Assembly: GCA_054600435.1 (NCBI GenBank)
Contig: BAAIJX010000002.1
Location: forward strand, 124,001-188,000
DNA: 64,000 nucleotides
Direction: 5' to 3'
Origin: Neophaeotheca triangularis
Lineage: Eukaryota
In this document: piece after piece, positions 13,777 to 25,016 of the stretch
Layout: the number at the start of each line of letters is the position of its first letter
Numbering within the stretch: position 1 is the stretch's first letter
Notes under the pieces: generated by a model
Seen by the model: the letters and a program-made list of their open reading frames with translations, nothing else
The model's database searches: none
Told to the model about the DNA's origin: nothing
Program-made: the position numbers and the translations under genes

Positions 13777-16700
13777 TTAAAACACAACCAACCACCTAAC
13801 CACGGCCAGCACCCCAGCAACTAACCACTTAACCCCATTAACCACTACCACAGCCCCCCAAATCCCCCACATAACTCCCAGCACCCCCCATTCCAGCAAC
13901 TTGAACCCGACCTTCTTAAGCCACCGCCAGTGCCTCCTTCGTCGCCTAAACATAGCATCGACCGCGTCATCCACCTGCTTGACCCGCAACGTCTGCTGCG
14001 TTGTTAATTCCACCGTGAAAGCGTCCGCTTCGTCAGAGGTGTCGTGCACGCGCACGGTGAGGGTATCGGAGACTTTGGAGCGGAGGGTTTCTTGTTCCGT
14101 GGTTAGGGAGGGGAGGGCGGTAGCACGGAAGTCGGAGAGGGCGGTCTCGTATGTGTGGAGGCGGGAGGAGAGGCTTTTGGAGAGGGCGCGGGCGGCGTGG
14201 AGGGCTTCGTCGGAGCGGGGAACCAGGATGTGAGGGTGGGAGTCGGTGGTGTTTTCCGGGTCGCAGGATTCGAGCGCTGTGCGGAAGAAGGGGGAGGGGG
14301 TTGGGGGCGCAGTGAGGGATTGTTGGAGCAATTCGTGGGCTTTGATGCCCGAGGATAGGAAGAGCGTGTTTATCCGGGCGACGTCGCGAGGCGTGATGTG
14401 GAGAGTGGGGTCCGAAGGCTTTTGGCTGTTGGAAATGCTCCAGTGTCGGTTTTGACTTTGGGTTTTCTCGGATTTGGACCGTGCTGCGAAAGCATTGGAA
14501 CGAGGCATGGCGCCGGGAGATTGGTCAGAGTCATCTTCATTCTGCTGTGCAGTGGGAGATGTGACTTCTTCAAGGAAACCGTAACTCTTTCGCCGCTGAT
14601 CGAGAAGGGTGTCTGATTGCGGCGCGGGAGTCCCAGTGTCTTCGCCATCAGGGAGATTGATTTTGGGAAGATTGTCGAAACGCGAGGGCCGAGCGACTTT
14701 ACGTTGAGCGGCCTGCTGACGACCGATGGGGTCGGCCGCGGTCTCGGAAGGCGTCGCGCTCTGCTTGCGTGGCGACGTGAAAGAAGGCAAATTAGACATG
14801 TAGTATTGCGGCTTCTTTCTGCTTCGGTCGTGAGAAGATCGCGGACTCGGATCGTCACTGAGACGCGACTGCTCAGTATTAGTGCGCTCGAGGGAGCTAC
14901 GCACGGATCGATCGTCTTCTGCATCTGTTTCACCGGAAACGTTGCGGGATCGATCGTTCTTCTCGCGGCGGTCTCTGCTCCGCATACGATAGCTTTCACC
15001 TCGCATGATATCGCCTATGCGACGGCCTCGGAAGAAACGACCCACCCCCGAACCCTCTTTTGCCAGTCCGTCATTGGTGTCATTGGTCGATTCAGTGTCA
15101 GCTCGCGATAGCTTTCCCTTTACGTTCGAGTCAGTCTTGGTACGCCACGGCCCTCGCGGACGAAGCGATTCAAAGCTCATGCGTACGGGCTCAGTCGCAC
15201 CGCCACTGGCTTCTCTCGGCTTGTCCGAGTCGACCTGAGCGAAATCAGTTCGGTCAATATTGTGGGTGTCTTTGGTGGTTCCCTTGAACAGCCCAAACTT
15301 GGGGATTTTTGACTTGTGGTTCGGCGACATAGGTTTATCGTTGGAGACTGGACGGTTCATGCCAACAAAGCTCTGAGCAACCGGTGATAGGTCACCGTCG
15401 CTTTCACACCCTTCCAAAGACTCCTTAGGGTTGCTGATGGAGAGACTTGGACGGTCCACTCTACCATCGGCCGACTTTGACCGCCTGTGACTCGGTGCAG
15501 CTCCTTCGATGTCACCATTAGGTACGGCCAAGGATGACCGCTTCGTGTCTCTTGACTCCTTTCGAGCCCGCGCGTTTGGAAATTGAGTATGCTTAGAGTC
15601 CCAGTGGTCAGGCGAGGTCAACTCTGTTGGAGACTGGTTTTGCTCGTCGTCCTCTGCGATCAGCTTCTGCATGTGTCTGTCCAAAGCCCGTGTGTTGTCG
15701 TAATCCTCAAAGAGACCATGTTCGAAGTGATTTGGTCCCTGAGGGTCACTAATCGAACTACTCCGGGACCGACTCGGTGATCGACTCCGGCCGATCAGCT
15801 TGAGCTTACTGCCGGGTTTCAACGCTGATGGCAGAAGGTGTCGGCGTCTTGAATGGCGTTCTTCAGGGTCACGTTCTTCTGACCCGACAGACTGTTTGCG
15901 CTCGCTATGTCCACTTTGCCCGCTGCGTCTGCTGTCCATCGAAGGCCTTTCCTCGGCCATCATGTCTCTGCTACGCCTCAACTGATCAGCGCTCTGTCGA
16001 GCCCGCTGGGGAAATATTTTAGCTCCACGCTTGTTCTCAATGACCGTCTTGTTGTCTTCTTGCTCGACCCAGTAAGTATCGGCCATAAGCTCAGAGGGAT
16101 CGATAGACCACTCATTGTCCGGCCGTGTGTTCAACCCCCCCGCTGTACCAGCCCGTCGGTGCCTTTTGAAGCGATCGTCTGTTTCCTGCGTCTCGTCGCC
16201 CGCTTCGTCTGTGCGTGCAGGAAGGTTGACTTTATCTTCGGGCTGACGGTAATCAGGTTTCTTTGCAGCTGCCTCGACAATATCAACAAAACCCTTCACT
16301 GCCCCAAGATCCTGCCACCTTTCTGGTGGGTATGTCAGAGACCGTCTCTCGCGATTCCTCTGACGACGATTTCGAATGGCTTGTAGCGGATCATACGCTC
16401 TCCCAAGCTCGTGCTTGCTATTCTTGTATGAGAAAGTCCGTGTGATCTGTGGGAAAGTAGTGCCAGGGGAATTCTTGGAACTATACTCGTAGTTTCCGGG
16501 AGCCGTGTTGTCGGATTTCAGGGGAGGTAAATACTGCAGTAGTCGACGATGCTCGTTTGCCAGCTCAAAGTACTTTTGCGCCTTCTCCACTCTTGCCATG
16601 GTCGCTGGCGAGCAATTCTGTGCCATGAAGACTGGCTCCTCTGACCGGTCTCTCTCGTATTGGGGCTCGGGTGTGTAGCTGGCCTCTCTACTGCTCGGCC

Positions 16701-17427
16701 CATCGCTGGAAGCTTCATCAGCCAACTGACTGACCCGTCGACCAGCTGCTGATCTCCTCCGCACTGTATCGCGTCCGTATGCGCCGCTGGACCTGACTCT
16801 CGCCGAGTTTTGACCTGCCGGGACAGGCAACTGGAGGGTATTGCTCGCGTGACGCCGTCGGCTTTGACTCAAGTTGAGAGCCATCTGAACCAGCTGCGCT
16901 GGATCCAAGCTCGGGTCTCTCGACTGCGTCTGCCCATGCTCTTGACCATTTCCGTCTCGACTTTCTGGTTCAATAGGGGTCATTTCGCGAGAAAGCGGCG
17001 AAGCCCCGTGAGAAGACTCTGCAGACATCCTGTTCTGAGCAGGCCTCCTCTTGTCGACTTGCAAAGGTGAAATGTCATGAGCCTTCCTCTTTCCGTGCTT
17101 ATCTTGTTTCCCCTCCTTCTCCTCCCGCGACCGGTTGCGGAACATCGAGTCTAGCAAGAAACCGCCCGACCGTCGCGACCTGCGGCCTGTACCCGCGGAT
17201 TGGCTGTCCCCATCGCTCTGCATGCTCTGCCGACTCCTATCCGGCGTCGAAGGCTTGTCGTGACCAGTCGTCCTTGAAAGCCAGCTGCTACGCTTGCCCG
17301 AGCTCCTAGATTCGGCCTGCGAGCTGGATTCGCAATTCTGATCGGCGACTGAATGGAAGCCGACGTTGGCGACTGCGGTAGTCTGTTCGGGGGAGCTCGC
17401 GCGGTCGTTGGCGGCAGAGCTGGTCAT
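13777..17427 (-). CDS. Large low-complexity protein with C-terminal coiled coil and hydrophobic tail; MTC4-like (tentative)
   Basis: Uninterrupted 1216-aa ORF. GRAYDPLQAIRNRR resembles the YNPLQxIRNR block I recall from fungal Mtc4-family proteins; C-terminal GFKLLEWGVLGVMWGIW is membrane-like. Confidence 0.7.
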   Translation of the reverse strand: MTSSAANDRASSPEQTTAVANVGFHSVADQNCESSSQAESRSSGKRSSWLSRTTGHDKPSTPDRSRQSMQSDGDSQSAGTGRRSRRSGGFLLDSMFRNRSREEKEGKQDKHGKRKAHDISPLQVDKRRPAQNRMSAESSHGASPLSREMTPIEPESRDGNGQEHGQTQSRDPSLDPAQLVQMALNLSQSRRRHASNTLQLPVPAGQNSARVRSSGAYGRDTVRRRSAAGRRVSQLADEASSDGPSSREASYTPEPQYERDRSEEPVFMAQNCSPATMARVEKAQKYFELANEHRRLLQYLPPLKSDNTAPGNYEYSSKNSPGTTFPQITRTFSYKNSKHELGRAYDPLQAIRNRRQRNRERRSLTYPPERWQDLGAVKGFVDIVEAAAKKPDYRQPEDKVNLPARTDEAGDETQETDDRFKRHRRAGTAGGLNTRPDNEWSIDPSELMADTYWVEQEDNKTVIENKRGAKIFPQRARQSADQLRRSRDMMAEERPSMDSRRSGQSGHSERKQSVGSEERDPEERHSRRRHLLPSALKPGSKLKLIGRSRSPSRSRSSSISDPQGPNHFEHGLFEDYDNTRALDRHMQKLIAEDDEQNQSPTELTSPDHWDSKHTQFPNARARKESRDTKRSSLAVPNGDIEGAAPSHRRSKSADGRVDRPSLSISNPKESLEGCESDGDLSPVAQSFVGMNRPVSNDKPMSPNHKSKIPKFGLFKGTTKDTHNIDRTDFAQVDSDKPREASGGATEPVRMSFESLRPRGPWRTKTDSNVKGKLSRADTESTNDTNDGLAKEGSGVGRFFRGRRIGDIMRGESYRMRSRDRREKNDRSRNVSGETDAEDDRSVRSSLERTNTEQSRLSDDPSPRSSHDRSRKKPQYYMSNLPSFTSPRKQSATPSETAADPIGRQQAAQRKVARPSRFDNLPKINLPDGEDTGTPAPQSDTLLDQRRKSYGFLEEVTSPTAQQNEDDSDQSPGAMPRSNAFAARSKSEKTQSQNRHWSISNSQKPSDPTLHITPRDVARINTLFLSSGIKAHELLQQSLTAPPTPSPFFRTALESCDPENTTDSHPHILVPRSDEALHAARALSKSLSSRLHTYETALSDFRATALPSLTTEQETLRSKVSDTLTVRVHDTSDEADAFTVELTTQQTLRVKQVDDAVDAMFRRRRRHWRWLKKVGFKLLEWGVLGVMWGIWGAVVVVNGVKWLVAGVLAVVRWLVVF

Positions 17428-18405
17428 GGCTGGCCTATCACTACCTTATTGTGAAATAAGGCTGATAAAAGGATGGCGAGGGCTGCAGTGATGGTGCAGA
17501 CGTCGCCACATCATGGGCAATATAAGACGGCGAAGAGTAGGGCGGAAAGGAGAGTGGATGCGGCTGGCGTGTCTCAAGCGGCACGTCTACTTGAGACCCT
17601 ACTTGAGCATCATCAAAGCCAAGATGGGAGGAGGTCAGGGCAAGGCCAGGTTGGGTTAGGTTAGGTTAGGTTCTCGGCTCGGGTAGACCTGTGAAGCTTC
17701 AAGCGAGTGACGACCCAGCGATTTGCGGCTCCGGCTGAGTTGCATCTTTAAATTTAACTACATGTGCTCTTCGCCTGCCTCATCTCGATCTGTACTCGAC
17801 ATATGTCGTTGGCGCAACGTAAGATTGGAGACAACCTTGGAAGGTTTCACTGGTTATTTTCTCATTCCAGTTAGAAACTGCACAAAGCATCCCGCAAACG
17901 GGTTTTCCGTCCCCAAGCCTCGAGTCCACGTCAATGAGCTATTCTATGCCGTGGAAGCTTCCTCCGAGTTGGCAACTTCGATTGCTAACTACACGTGGCT
18001 ACATATTGACTCCTGCTGTGGCAAACTGCTGGGACAACGAAGGCGGGCACCGCTCATGGTGACAAGGTGAAGTACGAAGTCGAAGCGTGAAGTCAAGGTA
18101 GAGTGTTCTTCCAGGCGTTGTGAAAGCCATACCCACATTGGTGGCGCCAATGTCGCGCTAGTCTATGGCCTCTTTCCCAGGCAAAGCCTTCATCCAGCGA
18201 AGAGCCTTCTCCCAGTCGGACAACATTGCCGCCGCCCAGGGTGCCTAAACCATCTGTCCGCCAGGAAAACGACTTTACTTCCGGCAGGTTAGGTAGAGCA
18301 TTCATCCGCTCTCGGCTGGCTTTGCCTGAGAATGCCCTGAAGAGTCCTGTCTATGCCGCGTGATACAGTATATGAAGCTTGAGGTCGAACGATACTTGTC
18401 GAGAA

Positions 18406-18975
18406 TTACATGGCTTGCTGCTCCACATATCTCCTCATACTGTCGAACTGCGTCTTGCCGGTCTAACATAATTGATTAGCTTCAACACTCAGCTCTTGCA
18501 ACCTTCAGAAAAATCTCACCGATATCAAGTACCGTATATGTCCCTATCAAATCATCAGTCTACTGTCTAGCACGTGAGTACCAAGGCACGACGAGCTTAC
18601 CAAATCATGAACATGTCGATTACGCTCAAACTCATACCGCGCAAACGATCTCATCTCCTCACGAGTCGATGAAGGTGGGATCTCTGTACATCCTTCGTCA
18701 GCTCCGATACTTGTTTGCAGGCGCTGACAAGGCCAACACTAACGATGAATCGCCCTCGTAATGTCCCGAAAAAGCGCAATGGCCTTGTGGCGTTGCACAA
18801 ACTGGCATACCTGTCAGCCAGATGCCTTTGAGCAAGGTATCGAGATGATTGTGAGCCCCACGTGTTCCAAATTCAACAGCGGCTCTTTGTCGCCTCTGAA
18901 AAACGACTTCCCTTTCGAGATGGAGGCATAGTGGCGCCTCACAGGGAGGTTTAAGGCATGCTGCTGGCGCCACAT
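18406..18975 (-). CDS. LYR-motif protein, LYRM2-like; exons 18975-18862, 18801-18744, 18683-18601, 18543-18520, 18462-18406
   Basis: Four GT-AG introns give MWRQQ...LNLEH FVQRHKAIALFRDITRAIHQIPPSSTREEMRSFARYEFERNRHVHDLGHIRYLISTGKTQFDSMRRYVEQQAM*: LYR-type LFR plus downstream EF, with a presequence-like N-terminus. Confidence 0.88.
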
Positions 18976-19306
18976 ACAGCTTGCGATGACTGAACTGCGG
19001 AGATTATGGAGAAAAGGATGGAGAAGAGGAAGTGATAGGGTGCAGCACACTCAAGCAGATGTATCTCGTAGCTGTATGGTAAGATAGAGGTAGTGGCCTT
19101 GATACCTTATCGATACGGATTCTGGACCTGTATGACGAATCGACGTTCGGGGCTCCTTGGGCCGAAGCTCGCCATTCCGTCACGACCAAAACGCGACTTC
19201 GCGTCTCCCCACTGGAACATCTAACTCCTCCCAAACATACCTTACATCTCGATACTCGTCACATGACATATCGCGCTCTACCAACTTCCACAAATAGTCA
19301 ATCGCG

Positions 19307-20881
19307 ATGCCGAAACGAAAACTTCCTTCACTATCTCCCTTCCAACCCATCAACCCGCACAAAGCTCCCAAAACTACGCCTGCCATATCCTCTCCCACCA
19401 CCCCCTCAGACCACCTAATCAATTCCCTGACCGCGCTATCCGCCGACGCCTTCACAGCAGCCTACATCCCCGCCAAACTCCTCACCTATGCCCCCTCCGC
19501 TACCACCAATCCCACCCCGCACCAAAACACCTCCTACACCATAACCCTACACACGGGCCCCTCACTCAGCAATCCCGACTTCGCTGCGTGCTTCAACCTC
19601 ATCTCGCGCACAAGCCGCAAAGACTACGAAACCAGCAGCCTAGGCTGGAAACCCCGCGCCAAAACCCGCGAAATGCGGGAACCCGGCATGCGGTACCTGA
19701 TAGCGCGCACCGACCCCACAACCACCACCACCACAAACACCGCCCCCGAACCCTCAATCGCGGCCTTTGCCTCCTTCCTCCCAACCCACGACTCCGCGCC
19801 TCCGACTCCGGTTCTGTATCTCTACGAATTGCACTCGAGGCCTGAAGACCGGGGGAGAGGGCTAGGAAGGCATCTTGTTGAGATTGTGAAGGCTGTGGCA
19901 CGGGGGACTGGGGTTGAGGGGTCTATGTTGACGTGTTTTACGGGGAATGAGGTTGCCCGGGGATTTTATCGGAAAGCTGGGTTCGGGGTGGATGTCACTA
20001 GTCCAAGGGAGAGAAGGGTTAGGGGGAGGGTTGTGAGGGGCGAGTATGAGATTTTGGGGTGGTGGGTGGGATCTGAGGGAGATAGGGGAGAGAGTGGGGA
20101 GGGAGGGAAGGCTGCGGGAGGAGACAAAGATGGTGAAGACGAGGAGGATGGAATTGTCGATAAAGATGAGAAGTGGGAAGATGAGAAGTGGGAAGATGAG
20201 AAGTGGGAAGATGAGGATGCGAGCGATGCTGATAGCGGCGATGAGGCAGAAAATGGACACATAGCAGAGCGAGCAGATTCACAAGGCGAAGATAAGGAAA
20301 GACCAGGTCGCAATAGCGACAACTCTATCGATAGTACATCCACTACAAAAACATCAGAACCCTACTTCCTCTCCACCGACCCCCCAAGCTCCACACATCT
20401 AACCACCCCCTTCCTCTCAAATCTGCCTGACATCCTTCCCCCTTCCTTCAGGCCTCTCACTCTCCCACTCATCCCTCAGAAGCGAATAAACCATATCCGT
20501 AAGCAGCACCAACAGCCCCAGATTCCAAACCAACGTAATGGCATAGAAGAAATTGGCATTCCCAGATCCAGCATACAGCCACAAATGATGAAAAGCCGGG
20601 CCGAGCAGGGAGCTGTAGACCAAAGTGACAAGAGCGGGGAAAGTGTAGCGGTGGGTCGTCGCGACTGCACAAAGTTAGCGAAATCGAAACACGCCGGAGT
20701 TGGTGAATTGGCTGCCGCGGACATACGCTCAAAACCATGCCCCAGCAGCGTCAACGTTGCTAGCCAAGCTCCCGCGCTCCCAATGTGCGCGTACGGCTCG
20801 AAAATGGTTGTGATCCCCAGCATCAGGACGACGGCTGCGAGCGGTTGGCGGGAGAATTTTAGGCAGAAGGGCAGGCTGTAG
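19307..20881 (+). CDS. NAT4: N-alpha-acetyltransferase 40 (NatD) GNAT with long acidic tail; 3' end uncertain
   Basis: CFNLISRTSRKDYETSSLGW..KTREM, VLYLYEL, RGRGLG acetyl-CoA motif, MLTCFTGNEVARGFYRKAGF. The first in-frame stop is at 20879-20881, inside the opposite-strand gene. Confidence 0.8.
   Translation: MPKRKLPSLSPFQPINPHKAPKTTPAISSPTTPSDHLINSLTALSADAFTAAYIPAKLLTYAPSATTNPTPHQNTSYTITLHTGPSLSNPDFAACFNLISRTSRKDYETSSLGWKPRAKTREMREPGMRYLIARTDPTTTTTTNTAPEPSIAAFASFLPTHDSAPPTPVLYLYELHSRPEDRGRGLGRHLVEIVKAVARGTGVEGSMLTCFTGNEVARGFYRKAGFGVDVTSPRERRVRGRVVRGEYEILGWWVGSEGDRGESGEGGKAAGGDKDGEDEEDGIVDKDEKWEDEKWEDEKWEDEDASDADSGDEAENGHIAERADSQGEDKERPGRNSDNSIDSTSTTKTSEPYFLSTDPPSSTHLTTPFLSNLPDILPPSFRPLTLPLIPQKRINHIRKQHQQPQIPNQRNGIEEIGIPRSSIQPQMMKSRAEQGAVDQSDKSGESVAVGRRDCTKLAKSKHAGVGELAAADIRSKPCPSSVNVASQAPALPMCAYGSKMVVIPSIRTTAASGWRENFRQKGRL
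20165..20215 (+). repeat. 15-bp tandem repeat (GATGAGAAGTGGGAA)x3 encoding DEKWE repeats
   Basis: Directly visible: three exact copies plus a partial copy inside the NAT4 tail. Confidence 0.9.
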
Positions 20882-22057
20882 GAGAGCATGTGGAGCCAGA
20901 AAACGCCGAGGAAGAAGGCGCGGAAGGGATCGAAGATTTCGATGAAGAAGTACCACCAGAGGCCGGTGTTGGGGGTAAGGTCTGGGAGGGTTAGGGGGGT
21001 CAGGTAGAGGGAGACGAGGAAGGTGGGGCTTGGGAGTAGGAGGGTGGAGAGCGTTAGGAGGAGGAGCAGGGTTAGGAGGTAGGGGAGAAGGTAGCTGAGA
21101 GCTGAGCGCAGGGTTCTTGGGTGATGGCGGAGGTCGGGGGAGGCGGTTTTGGCGTTGGGTTTGGCGAAGGAATCGTCGAGGTGGTTAGAGGAGGTTGAGG
21201 CGGAGGAGGGTTCGGGGGGTTTGTTGTTGAATTTGAGACAAAGCCGGTCGTGGGTAAGGAGTGCTATTGGTGGTAGCAGAAAGGCTGGATGCAGGCTGAT
21301 GTAGCTCGCGATGGCCAGCGCAAAGGCCGACGTTGTCGTTTTGGCCTGACAGGCATGGCTGATGCTGAGGAGGATGAAGAAGGTTGTGAAGACGGTCGTT
21401 GGTCTTGCCAGGCAGGTTAAAATTGTAAATGGGTTTAGCAGATAGCTGTGAGATGTCAGTTTGTGGAGTCTAGGTGAGGCGTGGTTAATACTTGCACTGC
21501 TGCTGTGGCGATGGGCGGCCATGCTTGATCGCGTCTAGGGGAAAGAAAATTGCGAGTCTTTGTTGCGGCCTCAGAGTTGGCGATGTGTAAGAGGCTGTTT
21601 GCAGCACCGACGTCTAGGCCGGTGTACAGACAGACACTCAATAACCTTCCGAACCAGGTGCTAGGCGAAGGAAGGAGTGAAAACAGCGGTAGGAATAGAG
21701 GCGCCTTCAGAAGATCAGCATTGCGTTCGCTGGCCCGTTTGTGCTTCCTGGCTGACCTGGTGGAAGATGCCGCCATCGTATGGGTCCAAGCCCCTTTCGT
21801 AGAGGAAGAGACCTTCCTGTACTGCTATAATCTCAGCTCCTGCACAACATCTTAGCCACAAGATGGCACTTTAGGGGAAAGATGCTGAACGTACATCTTT
21901 TGAAGCTGTTGACTGGGGTTGATAATTCCACTCTGCCAGTCAAGACATCTGGCAATGCTGGAAACACTATCACCAGCAGTATGCGTAGCGCTGCGGCAGA
22001 CCAAAGGAGTAGAGCGACATGGTGCTCGTTGTAACTTTTTCTCATGACGGCGTCCAT
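20417..22057 (-). CDS. GAB1: GPI transamidase subunit PIG-U/Gab1, multi-intron
   Basis: RVELSTPVNSFKR, YLLNPFTILTC, DLTPNTGLWWYFFIEIFDPFR and WLYAGSGNANFFYAITLVW are PIG-U hallmarks; exact start codon uncertain (22057/22045). Confidence 0.92.
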
Positions 22058-22364
22058 GGTTTTCGACAAATCGGTTCCGGTATCATCGCCGGAATGTGTC
22101 AGTGTACATTGTCGACGCTACTTCTCGTGCCCATGTGGACGTTGATTGATGTCGAGTCGTTGTCCACATATGCCAAGTAGACACCCCCGAAACGTCGCCG
22201 CAGCCAGAAGATGCGCGGTCGGCAGAGTTGCACTTTCCCTCCGCTAGTGCCTCGAAATCTTGGCGGGCCTGCATGTCGGACTGTAACTTTTCTGCGACCT
22301 GAGCGTCTTCAACTTCTAGACCTGGTATCAGTGCAACTTTCTGAAATCGTCCCTTCTCGCAATC

Positions 22365-24588
22365 ATGCCTAGAATCAAGGAAAAAGGTGAGATTCTGTCA
22401 GTGTTGCGGTCTTCGCTGTGCAAAATACTGATCACTACTACTAGGCAAATCCGGCAATGCCAAAAACTACCTAACCCGATCGCAGGCAGTGCGCAAACTG
22501 CAAATCACTCTCCCAGACTTCCGTCGACTATGTATTTTCAAAGGAATTTACCCTCGCGAGCCACGGTCAAAGAAGCGCGTGTCCAAGTCCTCCACCCCAT
22601 CGACAACCTACTACTACACCAAGGACATCCAGTACCTGCTCCACGAGCCGTTATTGAATAAATTCCGGGACCAGAAGGCACTCGCAAAGAAGATTTCGAA
22701 AGCGTTGGGAAGGAATGAAGTCAGTGATGCGAGTAGGTTGGAGAAGAACCACACACCACGACTGCGGTTAGACCACATCATCAAAGAGCGGTATCCGACT
22801 TTTGTCGATGCGCTCCGCGACCTCGACGATGCCTTGTCCATGCTGTTCCTGTTCGCAAACCTACCGAGTTCTGACAGCGTACCGCCGAAGACGATTACCA
22901 AGTGTCAGCGCTTGACGCACGAATTTGAGCACTACCTCATTCGGACGCACAGTTTGAGGAAGAGTTTCTTGAGTATCAAGGGTATCTACTACCAGGCGAC
23001 CATCCAGGGACAGGATATCCTATGGCTGGTACCGTATCGCTTCGTGCAGAGGGCAGGGCTTGATGTGGACTTCAGGATCATGGCAACTTTCGTCGACTTC
23101 TATACCACTCTGCTTGGCTTCGTCAACTACCGGCTTTACACATCCATTGGTCTGGTGTATCCGCCTAAATTCGATGCGCTATCTGAAGAGCATGGAGCGG
23201 AGCTGGATGCATTCAAGTTGGAGGGTCAAGGCGAGAAACAGTTGGAAGATGGAAACGCAGACGTCGAGATGGATACCGAGACCCACGAGCGTGCCCAGGC
23301 TGAAGCAAACCGTCTGCTGTCTCTGCCGGAAACAGCTGAAGCTGAGCCTACATCGCCCAATACTGTACCGCAATCCTCATACGTAACCGCACCCGAGACA
23401 TCAGATCCCGCTGCTGAGGCGAAAAGCGATGAGATGCAACCCGTCGACGCCGAACCGCAAACTGGAACGACCCTCGACACTTTCTCTTCCATCGATGCCT
23501 CTGCGGACGCTCTCCTCCAACCGTCTCGCACCTCTGACGCAGCGATCGCAGCCCAGCTCTTTGAACCATTCACCATCTTCCTTTCCCGCGAAACCCCTCG
23601 ACACCCGCTAGAATTTCTCCTAAAGTCCTTCGGTTGCAAGCGAGTAGCCTGGGACAGCACCCTAGGCGAAGGCTCGTACTGCTCCGAAAGTGACAAACGC
23701 ATCACGCATCAGATTGTCGACCGTCCCGAGATCCCTCTTCCCACACCACCCACAACAGATGCCGAGGAAGACCTTGACTCTGACGGCGAAGTCATCCCGC
23801 GCAAGACGCAGGTTCGCGTGCCAGGAAGGACATACATCCAACCGCAGTGGGTCTGGGACTCGATTAACATGGGCAAACTACAGCGCCCTGACCTTTACGC
23901 TTCCGGCGCGGAACTTCCACCCCACCTCAGCCCCTGGGTCAAGCCCAAAGCCGGCGAATACGACCCTACGGTTCCGCTCGCAGAGCAAGAAGCCGAAGGC
24001 GAGGCTGAGGCAGCAGCTTTCGACGCAGAGGAAGTCGACACTGGCAGTTCTGGCGAAGAAGTCGATGGTGTCCGCGGCGATTCGGAAACTGAAGCTTTGG
24101 AAGAAAATCTCACAGCCCGCGGCGGCAAAGAAGTTGCCCAAGGAGAGGGCATGGACGTCGGTCTCGCGGACTCTGAAGACGACGAAGAGACCGCTGCCGC
24201 CTCTGACGAGGATGACGGCGAATGGGGCGGTTTCTCCGGCGACGAAGACGCGGATCCCACGCTCTCCGGTGCCGCAAAAGCTGCCCGCGACCACCAGGCC
24301 GAACTCGAGGCTGAGGCACTAGGGCTTCCGACTTCGAAGAAGGCTGATGGGGGTAAAGCTGCTGTCGCTCGTCAAGCTGCGCAGGCCAAGCGCACAAAGG
24401 AGGAAAGGGCCAAGGAGGAGGAGATCGAGCGTCGCAAGCAGATGGCGCCACGACGCAAGAGGAAGATGTACGAGAAGATGGTTTACAGCAATGCGCGCAA
24501 GGATGAGGAGGCGGAGAAGTTGAGGGGAAAGAGGAGACGTATCGAGCAGGAGCAGGCAAAGGGAAAGAAGGGTGCGGCTCAAAAGTAG
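22365..24588 (+). CDS. NOP7: Pescadillo homolog; exons 22365-22386, 22445-24588
   Basis: MPRIKEK|GKSGNAKNYLTRSQAVRKLQITLPDFRRLCIFKGIYPREP; BRCT region (ITHQIVDRP..YIQPQWVWDSIN); LPPHLSPW; acidic/basic C-terminus. Confidence 0.97.
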
Positions 24589-25016
24589 GATAGGTTGTTC
24601 AATGGGAGGCATTTAGTGAGATTTTTGGCGTTTTCTCTTTTTTACGTGGCATCAGGGATGGTAGGTAGGCAGCGTTGGCGTTGCGGATGCGGATGGGTTT
24701 TGCATAGATAGCTCACGAATGCGTTGCTATTGCACCATGTCTGCCACAAGGAAAGAGCCTCTTTCGTTTCTTTCGAATGCACTATGGTCGACTGGTTTTT
24801 GGTGACACGTGACATCTGATTGTTTAGCAACGTTGCCAGCACATGATAGTGACCGCATTCATGTGAAGATGAGGCGGAGGATGACCCTGATTCCCATTGC
24901 CAAGACCGTGTCATGACTTCATCTCATCAACTATTGGATTGCTCAAGCCAAACATCGCAAAGACAACCGAAACGGCCAACTACCACTTTTTATCGCCATC
25001 ACCATCATTGGCCACT

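Noticed and set aside
17652..17670. GGGTTAGGTTAGGTTAGG telomere-like run
   Set aside because: Only three TTAGG units, not TTAGGG arrays; consistent with a chance microsatellite.
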